The translations under genes were made by a program, and so were the position numbers. A stretch of 64,000 bases of DNA, from NCBI GenBank assembly GCA_963726245.1, contig CAVSBT010000030.1:96001-160000 (forward strand), given 5' to 3'. Below the pieces are notes generated by a model. The model did no database searches. It had not been told where the DNA came from and saw only the letters and a list, made by a program, of their open reading frames with translations. This document shows positions 8,613-17,774 of this stretch, piece after piece; within the stretch, counting starts at the first letter, position 1, and each line of letters starts with the position of its first letter. This DNA is from an uncultured Chloroflexia bacterium. Its GTDB lineage: Bacteria; Chloroflexota; Dehalococcoidia; DSTF01; JALHUB01.

Positions 8613-9551
8613 CTACTGGCTGCCAGGCGCCTCCACTCCCTCCTGGCCCGCAAACGTCGGCGGTGACTCTGGCGGCGGCGCCTCGGCTGCCCGGTGTATC
8701 AACAGCGGAATGTTGCCCAGGTAAGGCACCTTGATGACGTGCCCCATGACCCGGGCCACGCGCCCGACCACGTCATCTATGCTGATGGGCGGGTCAGCGA
8801 GGTCGTTGGCGTCGCCCTGAGTGGTGATCTTCTCCCCCTCAATACTTACTACCCGGTGTATCGCGAAGCCTGCCTCGTGCCTGAAGGCTATGATGTCTCC
8901 CACTTGTACGTCTTCCGGGCCATCGACGCCCTTGAGGACGACGAGGTCCCCTTTCTTCAGGGTGGGCCACATGGAGGACGAGGTGACGGCGGCCATGGGG
9001 TAGGGCGTGTTGAGGGCGTGGGAGAGGAACTTGGGCGTGTAGTAGACGGCGCCTGAGACGAAGGCGACGTAGAGGGCCAGCATCAAGAGGAGCCTCGCAG
9101 AACGGCTCCCAACGAGGGGCGCCGCTCTTGCGGGCGGTACGGCCGGAGCGGCCGGCGGGGCCGGCTCCTCGGAGACCGGTAGGATCACGTCCCTGTCCCC
9201 GGCGAAGGGAGGCAGCACAGCGAGCGCCCTTCGCTCGAGGCGGAGCGCCGTCCCCGCCGGGAGGAACTTGCGCGTGTAGTAGACGGCGCCTGAGACGAAG
9301 GTGACGTAGAGGGCCAGCATCAGGGGGAACCTCGCAGAACGGCTCCCGACGATGGGCGCCGCTCTCAGGGGCGGGAGAGCTGTAGCGGCCGGCGGGGCCG
9401 GGTGCTCGTAGACCGGCGGGATCACGTCCCTGTCCCCGGCGAAGGGAGGCAGGACAGCGAGCCCCCGACGCGCGAAGCGGAGCGCCGCCCCCACCGGCAG
9501 GAAGACCAGCACCCCACAGAGCAGCCAGAGAGCAATGAGGAACTGTTCCAT
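8613..9551 (-). CDS. sipW: signal peptidase I, S26B/SipW type, with duplicated N-terminal membrane segment
   Basis: VTSSSMWPTLKKGDLVV, IHRVV (Ser-His type), TQGDANDLADP, KVPYLG. Confidence 0.85.
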   Translation of the reverse strand: MEQFLIALWLLCGVLVFLPVGAALRFARRGLAVLPPFAGDRDVIPPVYEHPAPPAATALPPLRAAPIVGSRSARFPLMLALYVTFVSGAVYYTRKFLPAGTALRLERRALAVLPPFAGDRDVILPVSEEPAPPAAPAVPPARAAPLVGSRSARLLLMLALYVAFVSGAVYYTPKFLSHALNTPYPMAAVTSSSMWPTLKKGDLVVLKGVDGPEDVQVGDIIAFRHEAGFAIHRVVSIEGEKITTQGDANDLADPPISIDDVVGRVARVMGHVIKVPYLGNIPLLIHRAAEAPPPESPPTFAGQEGVEAPGSQ

Positions 9552-9553
9552 GG

Positions 9554-10103
9554 CTAGAACGGCCACCACCAGGGCAGGCGCACTACGAACACGCGGCCGG
9601 ACTGCTTCTGTCCGTCGGTTGCATTGTGGGTGCGGTGACCTCGAAGTCGACCGTGTGTTGTTCACCGGGGCGCAGGTTGAAGAAGGCGTCATCGATGTGG
9701 AGGAAGTCCCGTATCCCGCCCCAACTGACGACCAGGACATAGCTGTTCAACTTGCCGTCGTTCTTGAGCTGGACGGTTCGGTGCATGGCGAGGTCACGGG
9801 GCACCTCCCCAAAGTCCAGGTCTCCCTCCAAGGCGAGGGTATGCCGACCATCCTGAGTTCCCTGAAAGTGACATAGGCGCTGTACGTGCTGGTGGAGCTC
9901 ACCGCGACGGCCCCCAACACGACAACCAGCAGCCCGACGACACCGAGGACGGCCAGCCGCCGGCGGGTCAGCCGGGGCAGCCGCAACCGCCTGCGCAGGG
10001 GGCCGGGCAGCCGCTTCCACAGGGCGCGCAGCCTCCCCCTGACGGCTCCCGGCGTCGCCGTCACCTCTCCGGCGGCCGCCGGTTCAGATACTGCGTCTCT
10101 CAT
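9554..10103 (-). CDS. membrane-anchored Ig-like protein (2 frameshifts)
   Basis: N-terminal TM, LDFGEVP, FNLRPGEQHTVDFEV, ends VRLPWWWPF just before the sipW ATG. Confidence 0.65.
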
Positions 10104-10399
10104 GTCTTCCCTCCTCTAGCCCGCCGGCGGCGGGGCTACCTCCCTGGGGAGGGTATATCCGGCCAGGGCCGGACTCTTGACGACCCCAGCCTCAAGTCCG
10201 GAGCACAAAACCGCGGATCCTGTGCCCCGGGCTTCAGCCTGGGGTTGACATTCCGCCCTGTGCGGTCCGGCGGGCGTCGTTGCGGGCGCCCGCCGGACCC
10301 GCTACACTTTTGACGAGGCCGCATGCGCCGTTCGCAGCCGTGCGACCTCGGGGACCTGGCCCGGTGCCGGGAGGAGGTGCCGGGCCAGCCTGTCACCTG

Positions 10400-11078
10400 C
10401 TACGGACTGTAACCGGTGATCTGGAACTTGATGTCGCTGCCCATGTCGATCTGGTGGTAGCTGTCACCCAGGGGCGGCGTCGCAGTCTACGCAGCCGTCA
10501 ACTGTCCGCGGGATGCCCTCCGGCAGACCCGGTGCACCGGGTCGGTGATCGCGTTGTAGTTCTCCGTGCATACCGGCGCGTAGAAGACGAGGTCCCACAG
10601 GTCCGTCAGGTCGCCGAGGGTAATGTTCAGCTCGCCATGACCGATCAGCACTGCCGTGTCCACCGCCGGGGCCGGCACGCAGTTACCGGCGCCGGTGATC
10701 ACGTTGTTCGCCTCGTGCGGAACATCGCTGTCCGAGACCTCGACGAACGGACAGAGTCGGGTTGTCCGAAGCCGACCTTCTTCTCCGCAGTAGATATTGT
10801 AGGTCACGTCGTTCTTGGTCGCGTGCAGAAATGAACGACGGGCTGAGGCATATCTGGACGCAAGAGTCGTATGCATCGCTCGGCTTCGTTATCTTACATC
10901 CCTCGATCTTCTGCTCGGGGAAGACGGTCCCGTAGTCGATCTTCGCCTTGTTCAGGTACGTTGCCGCCTCGACGTGAGCCTGGACGTTGACCAGGTGGGA
11001 CTCGAAGGCCGCGAACATCGCGGCGCCCACCGCCACCAGGGCCACAGTGCCCAACAGTAGCGCTATTCGCTTTTTCAT
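10400..11078 (-). CDS. AFESH-motif secreted protein, putative major fibre subunit (frameshifted)
   Basis: MKKRIALLLG...MFAAFESHLVNVQAHVE, IDYGTVFPEQ, APVCTENYNAITDP, DMGSDIKFQITGYSP*. Confidence 0.7.
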
Positions 11079-11191
11079 TCTCTATCACCCCCTTTCCAAG
11101 CAAGGATTTGTTCTCCAGGTGATGCTGCCTCCCCTCGCCGCCCTCCCCGCGGGAGGTGCAAGGGCGGCCCTCACCAGTAAGACCTGAATCA

Positions 11192-12323
11192 TCAGTGGCC
11201 CCGCCCCCACCAGTCCCAAAGCCACTGCGACCATGAGTTCCCGCCGAGCTCGACCTTGACCTCGGCGCCCAGGTCCCAGCCATCAGGGTTGGCCTCCGGC
11301 GGCAGGAGCAGGACCTGGTCCGGTGGGATGGGGTCGGTCTCCGGGTTGTAGTACTCAGTGAAGACAGGGACCCTCATGGTCACCAGCCACTTGTCGCACT
11401 CGTCCCCCGTGCGGGCGTCGAGGTGCCCCTGCCCGATGAAGTCGCCCGCGATCCCGTTGGCGGTCCCGTGGGGCTCGGCGGGCTCATGGGTCTCCGCAGG
11501 GTCGCGCTGCACGATCAGGTAGGGACGGAGGTCCGGGTAGTACTTGGTGTCGTGGCAGCGCCCGCTGCAGGGAAGCGGCTTTCGCTCGAGGACGATCTTG
11601 TAGTCCATCTTGGCCTGGCCGCCGGATTCCGCACGAGGTCTTGCTGACGCAGACCTTGAAGTAGTCGGTCCGGGTCTCCTGGGGGAAGACGGTGCCGAAG
11701 TCGATGTCTGTGTTGATCTCGAGGCCATCGGGCGGGTCGAGCACCTCGATGTGAATGGGGGCAGTGGTGGCCGTGAAGTTACTCCCGCCGGTGACCGTCC
11801 CGGTCATGACGGCGCCGGTGGCCAGGACAAGGTCGGCGATGGGGTCGGCGAACCCTCCGCCCGACGCTCCGCCTAGGGTCTCCACCTCAAAATCGAGGGT
11901 GTATGAGTCGCCCGTCTGTCCGGCCGGCGCGAGTGTGAGGTTATTCCACACCAGCAGGGGAAGGGGCACGTCGGCGGGGTAGGTAAAGGATACAGTGCCA
12001 TGGTTCCAGTCGTTCATGAAGACCCAGACCTGTGGAGCGAACTCCTCGGTCACCTGCACGCCCGTCAAGGGCACGTCCAGGGGATTTCTGATGTGGATCA
12101 GGAACCTCCACCTCACCGGGAGGCCCTTGGGCACGGCCAGAGAGTTGGGGCACGGTTCCCAGCCACCGCTGGACCCGATGGCCTCGCAGCCCACGATCTC
12201 CTGCGAGAGCGGGTGAACCACGTGCGCCTGCACGCTGACAACGTGCGACTCAAAAGCGGAGAAAGCGGCAACGCCGCCCGCGACGACCAGCGTAGCCAAC
12301 AGCAAGAGTGCGCTCCGTCTCAT
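11192..12323 (-). CDS. AFESH-motif two-domain secreted protein (frameshift near 11630)
   Basis: MRRSALLLL...FSAFESHVVSVQAHVV, IDFGTVFPQE, VPVFTEYYNPETDP, DLGAEVKVEL. Confidence 0.7.
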
Positions 12324-12330
12324 CTCTTCG

Positions 12331-12915
12331 TTAGCCTCCCTCCGAGGTTTCCGTCGCTGTTGGCGTGGGTGTCGGTGTGTCCTCAGCGGCGGCGCCCGTC
12401 GGCGTCGCGCTGGGCTCGACGACGGGCTCGGCGGGGCTTGTGGGCGTCGCCTGCACCGCGAGCGGCGCAGGCGTGGGGACGGCGAAGGGATACGAGAAGG
12501 GCGTCGGCGTGGGGACGGCGAAGGGATACGAGAAGGGCGTCGGCGACACGTCGCCGGGTGGATAAGGCGTTGGCGTCGCGGCGGGTTCCATCGTCGGGCT
12601 AGCAACGGGTGTTTCGGTGGCTGTCGCCTCGCTGGGATCGACGACGGGCTCAGCGGTGCCTGTGGGGGTCGCCTGCGCCGCGACCGGCGTCGGCGTGGGG
12701 ACGGCGAAGGGATACGAGAAGGGCGTCGGCGACACGTCGCCGGGTGGATAAGGCGTTGGCGTCGCCTGCCCCGCGAGCGGCGTCGAAGTGGGCGGCGGGT
12801 CCACCACGCGGGCGGTGATGCTCACCATATGCGATTCGAAGGCAAGGAACGCGGGCGCGCCGGCCAGCACCGCCAGGCTCGCTATGAGCGCCGTGAGAAT
12901 CCGAGCTACCCTCAT
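12331..12915 (-). CDS. AFESH-motif P/T-rich secreted protein
   Basis: APAFLAFESHMVSITARVV followed only by PT-rich repeats (PTPFSYPFAVPTP x3). Confidence 0.72.
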   Translation of the reverse strand: MRVARILTALIASLAVLAGAPAFLAFESHMVSITARVVDPPPTSTPLAGQATPTPYPPGDVSPTPFSYPFAVPTPTPVAAQATPTGTAEPVVDPSEATATETPVASPTMEPAATPTPYPPGDVSPTPFSYPFAVPTPTPFSYPFAVPTPAPLAVQATPTSPAEPVVEPSATPTGAAAEDTPTPTPTATETSEGG

Positions 12916-13446
12916 GCCTTTTTCCTCGTCCCGCGCTATGTCCGGCGGAGTCCCGTCGGCCGCGGACGGGCGCTGGCCCGCCGCGCCAGCAGGACCAATG
13001 GCTGGTGAGGGTTAGGGACTGGACGGGGGCGAGAGGAGCTGAAAGAAAGGGGCGACACCGTGACGCCGCCCCGTTGCAATCTCATCCGCTGGCCGTTAAA
13101 ATAGCAGACGGCCAAGGGGTGCGGCAGCGCTCCTCTTGCCTCGGGCCCCAGCCGTGCCAACTGCCTGGGGCTCGCTCTTTCGTTTCCCGGTCTCAGTCCC
13201 TAACCCTGTTCCCCTCCTGCAAAACACACAACCGACAACGGACTGTCGCCGGTTTCGCCATTTGCTCCCCGAGACCCAGGCGACCAGGTTACGGCCCCGC
13301 CTCCCGATAACCCCACCCCGTCTCGGATCTTAGCCTCAACAGCTAGGGAAAGCCTTCAGGCTAGAATGTCAGAGAGGTCTTAGTGTCCTCGCCTCCGATC
13401 TGCAAACGAATAGACACCACGCCGGAGAGTACGGATCGCGCATCGT

Positions 13447-13602
13447 CTCCGACGAGAGCTGGCTGCTTGAGAATGAAGGACTGCGGGTGCCCGCCACCAG
13501 CAACCCAGAAGCTCTAATGTGGACTAGTAACATAACATCGCCGTTTTGTCAAGTCCTCTGTGTTGATTCGCAGGTAGAGTGTCCTAGTTACGTCGCAGCT
13601 AG
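13447..13602 (-). promoter_or_regulatory. duplicated promoter/leader element, copy 2
   Basis: Aligns with 1985-2138; TTGACA-N17-TACTAG on minus strand. Confidence 0.7.
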
Positions 13603-13795
13603 AATGTCCTCTCGTGGCGGGGTGCTCCCGGAAGGAGGTGCCCGTGTAGAGAGGATGGCTACGGGTCATGGTTCGATATCCCCTGGTGGCGCTGGTGGAG
13701 CAGGGGCGTCTTACCCAGAAGGAGGCAGCAAGGGAGATGGGCCTCTCGACGCGCCAAGTGCGCAGGGTACCGAAGCGGTACCGGGAGAGCGCCCT
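13603..13795 (+). mobile_element. IS1202/ISNCY- or IS481-like transposase N-terminal remnant
   Basis: Translates LVEQGRLTQKEAAREMGLSTRQVRRVPKRYRES (transposase HTH). Confidence 0.65.
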
Positions 13796-13985
13796 CAACA
13801 TGCATGAGGACACTCGCTCCAGGACGGGCGCCTGACAGGAGGGTGCTCGTGATCTCGTCGGCCGAACGCCCTCGCCAGTCGGAGCTATCGATGTTCCACA
13901 TCATCAGCGTATATCCCAGTTCAACCGCGACGGCGTCGATCTGAGGGTCGTGGACGGCATAAGGCGGGCGCCACAAGCCGCCCCG
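13796..13985 (-). pseudogene. CE4/NodB polysaccharide deacetylase fragment
   Basis: WRPPY, MWNIDSSDW, PGASVLMH; lacks the N-terminal TFDDG motif. Confidence 0.75.
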
Positions 13986-14248
13986 GGCCTCCGTCCGATG
14001 AGCAGCCGATTGCAGAATTCGGGTCACTGCGTAGCGCTTCTCCATTGGGAGGTCGCGCCGTCTTCGTTGGGATCGGCGGCGCTCTCCAACGGGGCGCTCC
14101 TGGCGTCGCTCCTTGCGCCGGTCGAGCGCCACAAGGCAGGGGGCACGTGTGGTTTCCTTTCCTGCACGAGTCGCGGCCTGGGTTTTGCAAAGGCCTCAGG
14201 TCGCGGCGGGCCGCCCCCTGCCTCACACAGACAGCAAGAGGGTCACAC

Positions 14249-14582
14249 ATGGCAATTCAACCACTCGGAACCGTAGCTTTGACGACAACGCCCACGAGCG
14301 CGTGGGACCCAGGCTCAGGTCGAGCGCTGCTCCTGAAGGCGGCGTGTCTCGGCCAGACGAGCGGCAGCGCCACGGGCGGCCTGCTGGTGCACCTGACTGG
14401 ACGGCGTAGCCGCCGCCAGCGGCACGGTAGCTACCTTCGAGATCGGAGCCAACGCAGGGGCTCCTGTGCCTCTGACTCTTGGTGACGGGGTGCAGCTAAC
14501 GAAGGGGAACAAGCTCGGTCTCAAGGTGAACGCCGGTGCTGGCACCGTCGCGGGCTACTTCGAAGGCCGGTTCGCCTACTGA
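14249..14582 (+). CDS. small beta-rich hypothetical protein, phage-structural-like (1 frameshift)
   Basis: MAIQPLGTVALTTTPTSAW...DGVQLTKGNKLGLKVNAG..YFEGRFAY*; GAGGG RBS. Confidence 0.5.
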
Positions 14583-15118
14583 GACCTCCGGGGCCGCGGA
14601 CTACCACGCGCACGAGAGCCAGGCGGCGGCTGGTTGTAGTTTTCGCTGTTGCCGGCCCGCACCCGCTCTATGAAGTCGCGCAGGCCCTGGATGATGCGCT
14701 CCGTGGACTCTTCCAGCGCCCGCAGGGCCGCCTCGCTGCTGGCTAGACTGGCTGCCACCTGGCCGCTGTAGGCGGTGCGCGCCTCTGACATCTTACGGAA
14801 GGAATCGTCGAGCTCTGAGAGGAACGGGAGGAGCGATCCCAGCGCCTCGCTTTCATTCGGCGCGCCTTCCAGCGGAGCCAGCGGTGGCCTCTCAATGGAG
14901 GGAACAGGTCCGCCTGGGGCCCAGCTACGCACGATCTCCTCGATGCGCGAAAGCGCCTCGACAGTAGCCTTGTGCGTGCTGCGCGTATCGCTTTGCTGGC
15001 GCCAGGTAGCCAGCACCGCCACCACGGTCATGATGATCAGCCCGGCCAGAGCCAGGCCCACCGCGATGATGGCCACCAGGGAACTGAAACGTGTCGTTGT
15101 TGCCCACCAGGCCCCCAA
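14576..15118 (-). CDS. hypothetical membrane protein with coiled coil
   Basis: ORF track; N-terminal TM helix. Confidence 0.5.
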   Translation of the reverse strand: MGAWWATTTRFSSLVAIIAVGLALAGLIIMTVVAVLATWRQQSDTRSTHKATVEALSRIEEIVRSWAPGGPVPSIERPPLAPLEGAPNESEALGSLLPFLSELDDSFRKMSEARTAYSGQVAASLASSEAALRALEESTERIIQGLRDFIERVRAGNSENYNQPPPGSRARGSPRPRRSQ

Positions 15119-15367
15119 TTCGTTACGCGAAGGACAAGGCCGGACCTCACATGGGTCTAACTACCTAACGGTTGTGGGGTGCCGATATAACATCCGTTCC
15201 ACGGACCCGTCAGCCAGCCACTTACCAGAACTCCCTGGGGCTGTAGCTCCCTCTGCACATCGTGCCCGAGGGGTGGCCCTCCTGTGGGCATCGGCCAGGT
15301 CGCACGTGCAAAGACCAGGGGCTCGCCTTCCTGTCCGGCCCCCACTTTCTCCCCACAGGAGGGACCT

Positions 15368-15601
15368 GTGAGCAAAGCCACCGGCTATAGACCACCACCT
15401 GACCACGGCTGCATCTATTCCACGTCCTGCCTGGGTTGCCGCGTTCCTCGGTGCCACCATGACGACTCTCACGCGGCAGCCGACTACCTCCGTTCCTTGG
15501 GGCCTGAGGTCGTCCGGCTTCACGATGCTGGCCGGTCGGTCGGGGTGCTGTCGGAGCAATTCGGCATCCCCGAGGCCACCATCCGGCTCCTCTGTGAATA
15601 A
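15368..15601 (+). CDS. small Cys-rich plus HTH protein
   Basis: AGGAGG RBS; DHGC..SCLGC..PRC then LHDAGRSVGVLSEQFGIPEATIR. Confidence 0.6.
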   Translation: MSKATGYRPPPDHGCIYSTSCLGCRVPRCHHDDSHAAADYLRSLGPEVVRLHDAGRSVGVLSEQFGIPEATIRLLCE

Positions 15602-15739
15602 AACGGCCCTGCGCTAGGCCTTCTACGCCAGCAAATTGGCCCGTAGAGGCGGCCTAGGAGCCCTTTAGCCTGCCAGCCGGTTAAGGCCCACCTCTCCCAG
15701 TCTGGGGCACCCAGTCTAGCGGATTCGCAAATTGCCCCA

Positions 15740-15768
15740 TTGACATGTCTAGCGGAGGCTGATAGAAT
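15740..15768 (+). promoter_or_regulatory. sigma70-type promoter
   Basis: TTGACA-N17-TAGAAT. Confidence 0.75.
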
Positions 15769-15773
15769 GCCGC

Positions 15774-15956
15774 TGTCATGAGCTTCTCTACCCAGCAGCA
15801 CCCAAATTCGGCAAGGTCCGCCCTGGCACCGGGAGTTCCCCCCAGCTCGCTGGGAGAAGCTCATGACACCGGAACCAGGGCGGTCTTGTTTTGGGGGGCC
15901 GGTGGCGAGCGGGCGACCCCGCTACCCGCGAATCCGCCTGCCACGACCTACCGGCC
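15774..15956 (+). ncRNA. putative structured leader/attenuator RNA
   Basis: Perfect 15-bp inverted repeat 15774-88/15854-68, interleaved with a second helix 15801-33/15869-96. Confidence 0.5.
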
Positions 15957-15980
15957 CACTCTCATGCAAAGGAGGTAGTC

Positions 15981-16536
15981 ATGACCCAGAAGACGGACCC
16001 TGAGGAGGAGATGTGGCGTCTACGGGAGATGCGCACGACGGGCGGACTGAATGATGCAGGCCAGCGACGGCTTGCAGACCTAGAGGCGCAATTGAGCGCC
16101 GGAAAGGAAACGGACATGGCAAAGACAGACGAGCTAGAGGACCTGGACGAGTTGGAGGAGGAAGAGGCCGCGACAGAAGAGGCTGAAGCACAGGAGTTGG
16201 ACAAGGCACTGGCCAAGCCCAAGAAGGCCAACAAGAAGACCAAGAAGGCCACGAAGCCAGCAGCCAGGCCAGCCAAGGCCACCCAGGTCAAGGCCACTGA
16301 GAAGCCAGCGCCGGAAGGCATCGGCCCCAAAGAGGTCGCAGAGGCAGCCGGTATCCAGCCTGTGGAGCTGAGGCGCTTCTTGCGGGCCCACCCTGAGCTG
16401 GTAGAGGGTCACGAGGCAAGAGGCCGGTACCAGTTGGGCTAGCCTTTCCCACCCCACTGTGAAGGCCATCCTGAAGGCCATCAAGAGCCAGCCGTCGAAC
16501 GGCAACGGCAAGGCCGACAAGAAGGCCAAGTCGTGA
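15981..16536 (+). CDS. acidic/Lys-Ala-rich protein with HTH-like C-terminus (frameshift near 16438; alternative start 16116)
   Basis: AAAGGAGG RBS; KPKKANKKTKKATKP; PKEVAEAAGIQPVELRRFLR. Confidence 0.55.
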
Positions 16537-16754
16537 ACGACCGTCACAGGAGGTTCCTAGCCCTAGCCGCTCTGAGCTACTATGCTCACGAGAGCCACGA
16601 GGCCTTCATCACCGACCAGGAGGAAGACGGACAGGAGGCCGTCACAGAGGCAGAGGAGTTCATCCAGGCCCACAGGGGAGAGGTCGAGGACCTGGCAGGG
16701 AAGCTACCTGAGGTGGTCCTGACGGCCATCAAGGGCCAAAAAGAGGCTCTGTAG
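16533..16754 (+). CDS. hypothetical protein
   Basis: ORF with GTGA overlap to the upstream gene. Confidence 0.5.
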   Translation: MNDRHRRFLALAALSYYAHESHEAFITDQEEDGQEAVTEAEEFIQAHRGEVEDLAGKLPEVVLTAIKGQKEAL

Positions 16755-16971
16755 TGCTACAAAAATGCCCGGTTTCTGCACCTTGCACCAGATTCGGAGC
16801 AGCTTGCGCCATCGGGCACAACGTGTAATATCTGTCTCAGCGCACTGCTCTGTTGCCAGCCGTGTCTGGAGAGGGCAGCGCGCATTGGTAATCCGTCGCA
16901 CCATACGGGCACCAAAGTCGTCAGGATCTCCATCCACGAACAAGCAACTATAAGAAGGAGGTACTTTGCTC

Positions 16972-17628
16972 ATGGCAGACGGCCAGGAAAACGTCAGTGA
17001 GGCCCTGGAAAGGCTCAAGAAGGAGGTAGCCGACCTCAAAACGAAACCGGCGGTTATGGAAGTAACCGAACGACTCTGCAACCCCGCACCTCTCGGGCTG
17101 GCCGCTTTCGGACTCACCACCCTGGTCCTGAATGCGTTCAACTCGGGACTCGTCGACAAGTCCAGCGAGGGCTTGGTCTGGCCGCTGGGCATCTTCTTCG
17201 GTGGCCTCGCCCAGTTCGCCGCCGGCATGTGGGAAGCCAAGAAGAGCAACACCTTCGGCTTCACCGCCTTCAGCTCCTTCGGCGCCTTCTGGATGTTCCT
17301 CGGGCTGACCAAGATTCTCGTGAGCACCAAGGCCATAGGGCCGGTTGCGCCGGAAGGTTCGTCACTGTTCCTGGTGGCCTGGGGGATCTTCACCGCCTAC
17401 ATGACCGTGGGCACTCTCAAGATATCGGTTGCGTTACAGTCCGTCTTCGTCACGCTGACCATTCTCTTCTTCCTGCTGGCGATCGGCGCCCATAACGAAA
17501 CCTGGGAGAAGATTGCAGGCTGGGAAGGGATGATCTGCGCCGGCACAGCGCTCTACGCGTCCTTCGCCATCGTCACAAACGAGACCTGGGGTCGCCAGGT
17601 TCTGCCCCTGGGCGTAGTGAAGAAGTAA
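16972..17628 (+). CDS. satP: acetate uptake transporter (GPR1/FUN34/YaaH family)
   Basis: NPAPLGL signature, FGGLAQFAAGMWE, SSFGAFW. Confidence 0.92.
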   Translation: MADGQENVSEALERLKKEVADLKTKPAVMEVTERLCNPAPLGLAAFGLTTLVLNAFNSGLVDKSSEGLVWPLGIFFGGLAQFAAGMWEAKKSNTFGFTAFSSFGAFWMFLGLTKILVSTKAIGPVAPEGSSLFLVAWGIFTAYMTVGTLKISVALQSVFVTLTILFFLLAIGAHNETWEKIAGWEGMICAGTALYASFAIVTNETWGRQVLPLGVVKK

Positions 17629-17676
17629 GCCGAGACCTCCCTCCGGGGAGGCCTCACCTCGTAATCCAGCAATATC

Positions 17677-17722
17677 GGCGGGCTGCGAGCCCCTCCAGAA
17701 GGCTCGCAGCCCGCCGCGTTCT
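17677..17722 (+). terminator. GC-rich hairpin, probable terminator
   Basis: GGCGGGCTGCGAGCC...GGCTCGCAGCCCGCC after satP. Confidence 0.6.
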
Positions 17723-17774
17723 CGCTTCCCCTGCCGCGATACTCGCCTTGCCCGCCGCCGGGCCCTAACCTAGA

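Noticed and set aside
16780-16915. TGCACC-like repeats upstream of satP as NtrC/sigma54 sites
   Set aside because: Spacing is imperfect and there is no clear -24/-12 element.
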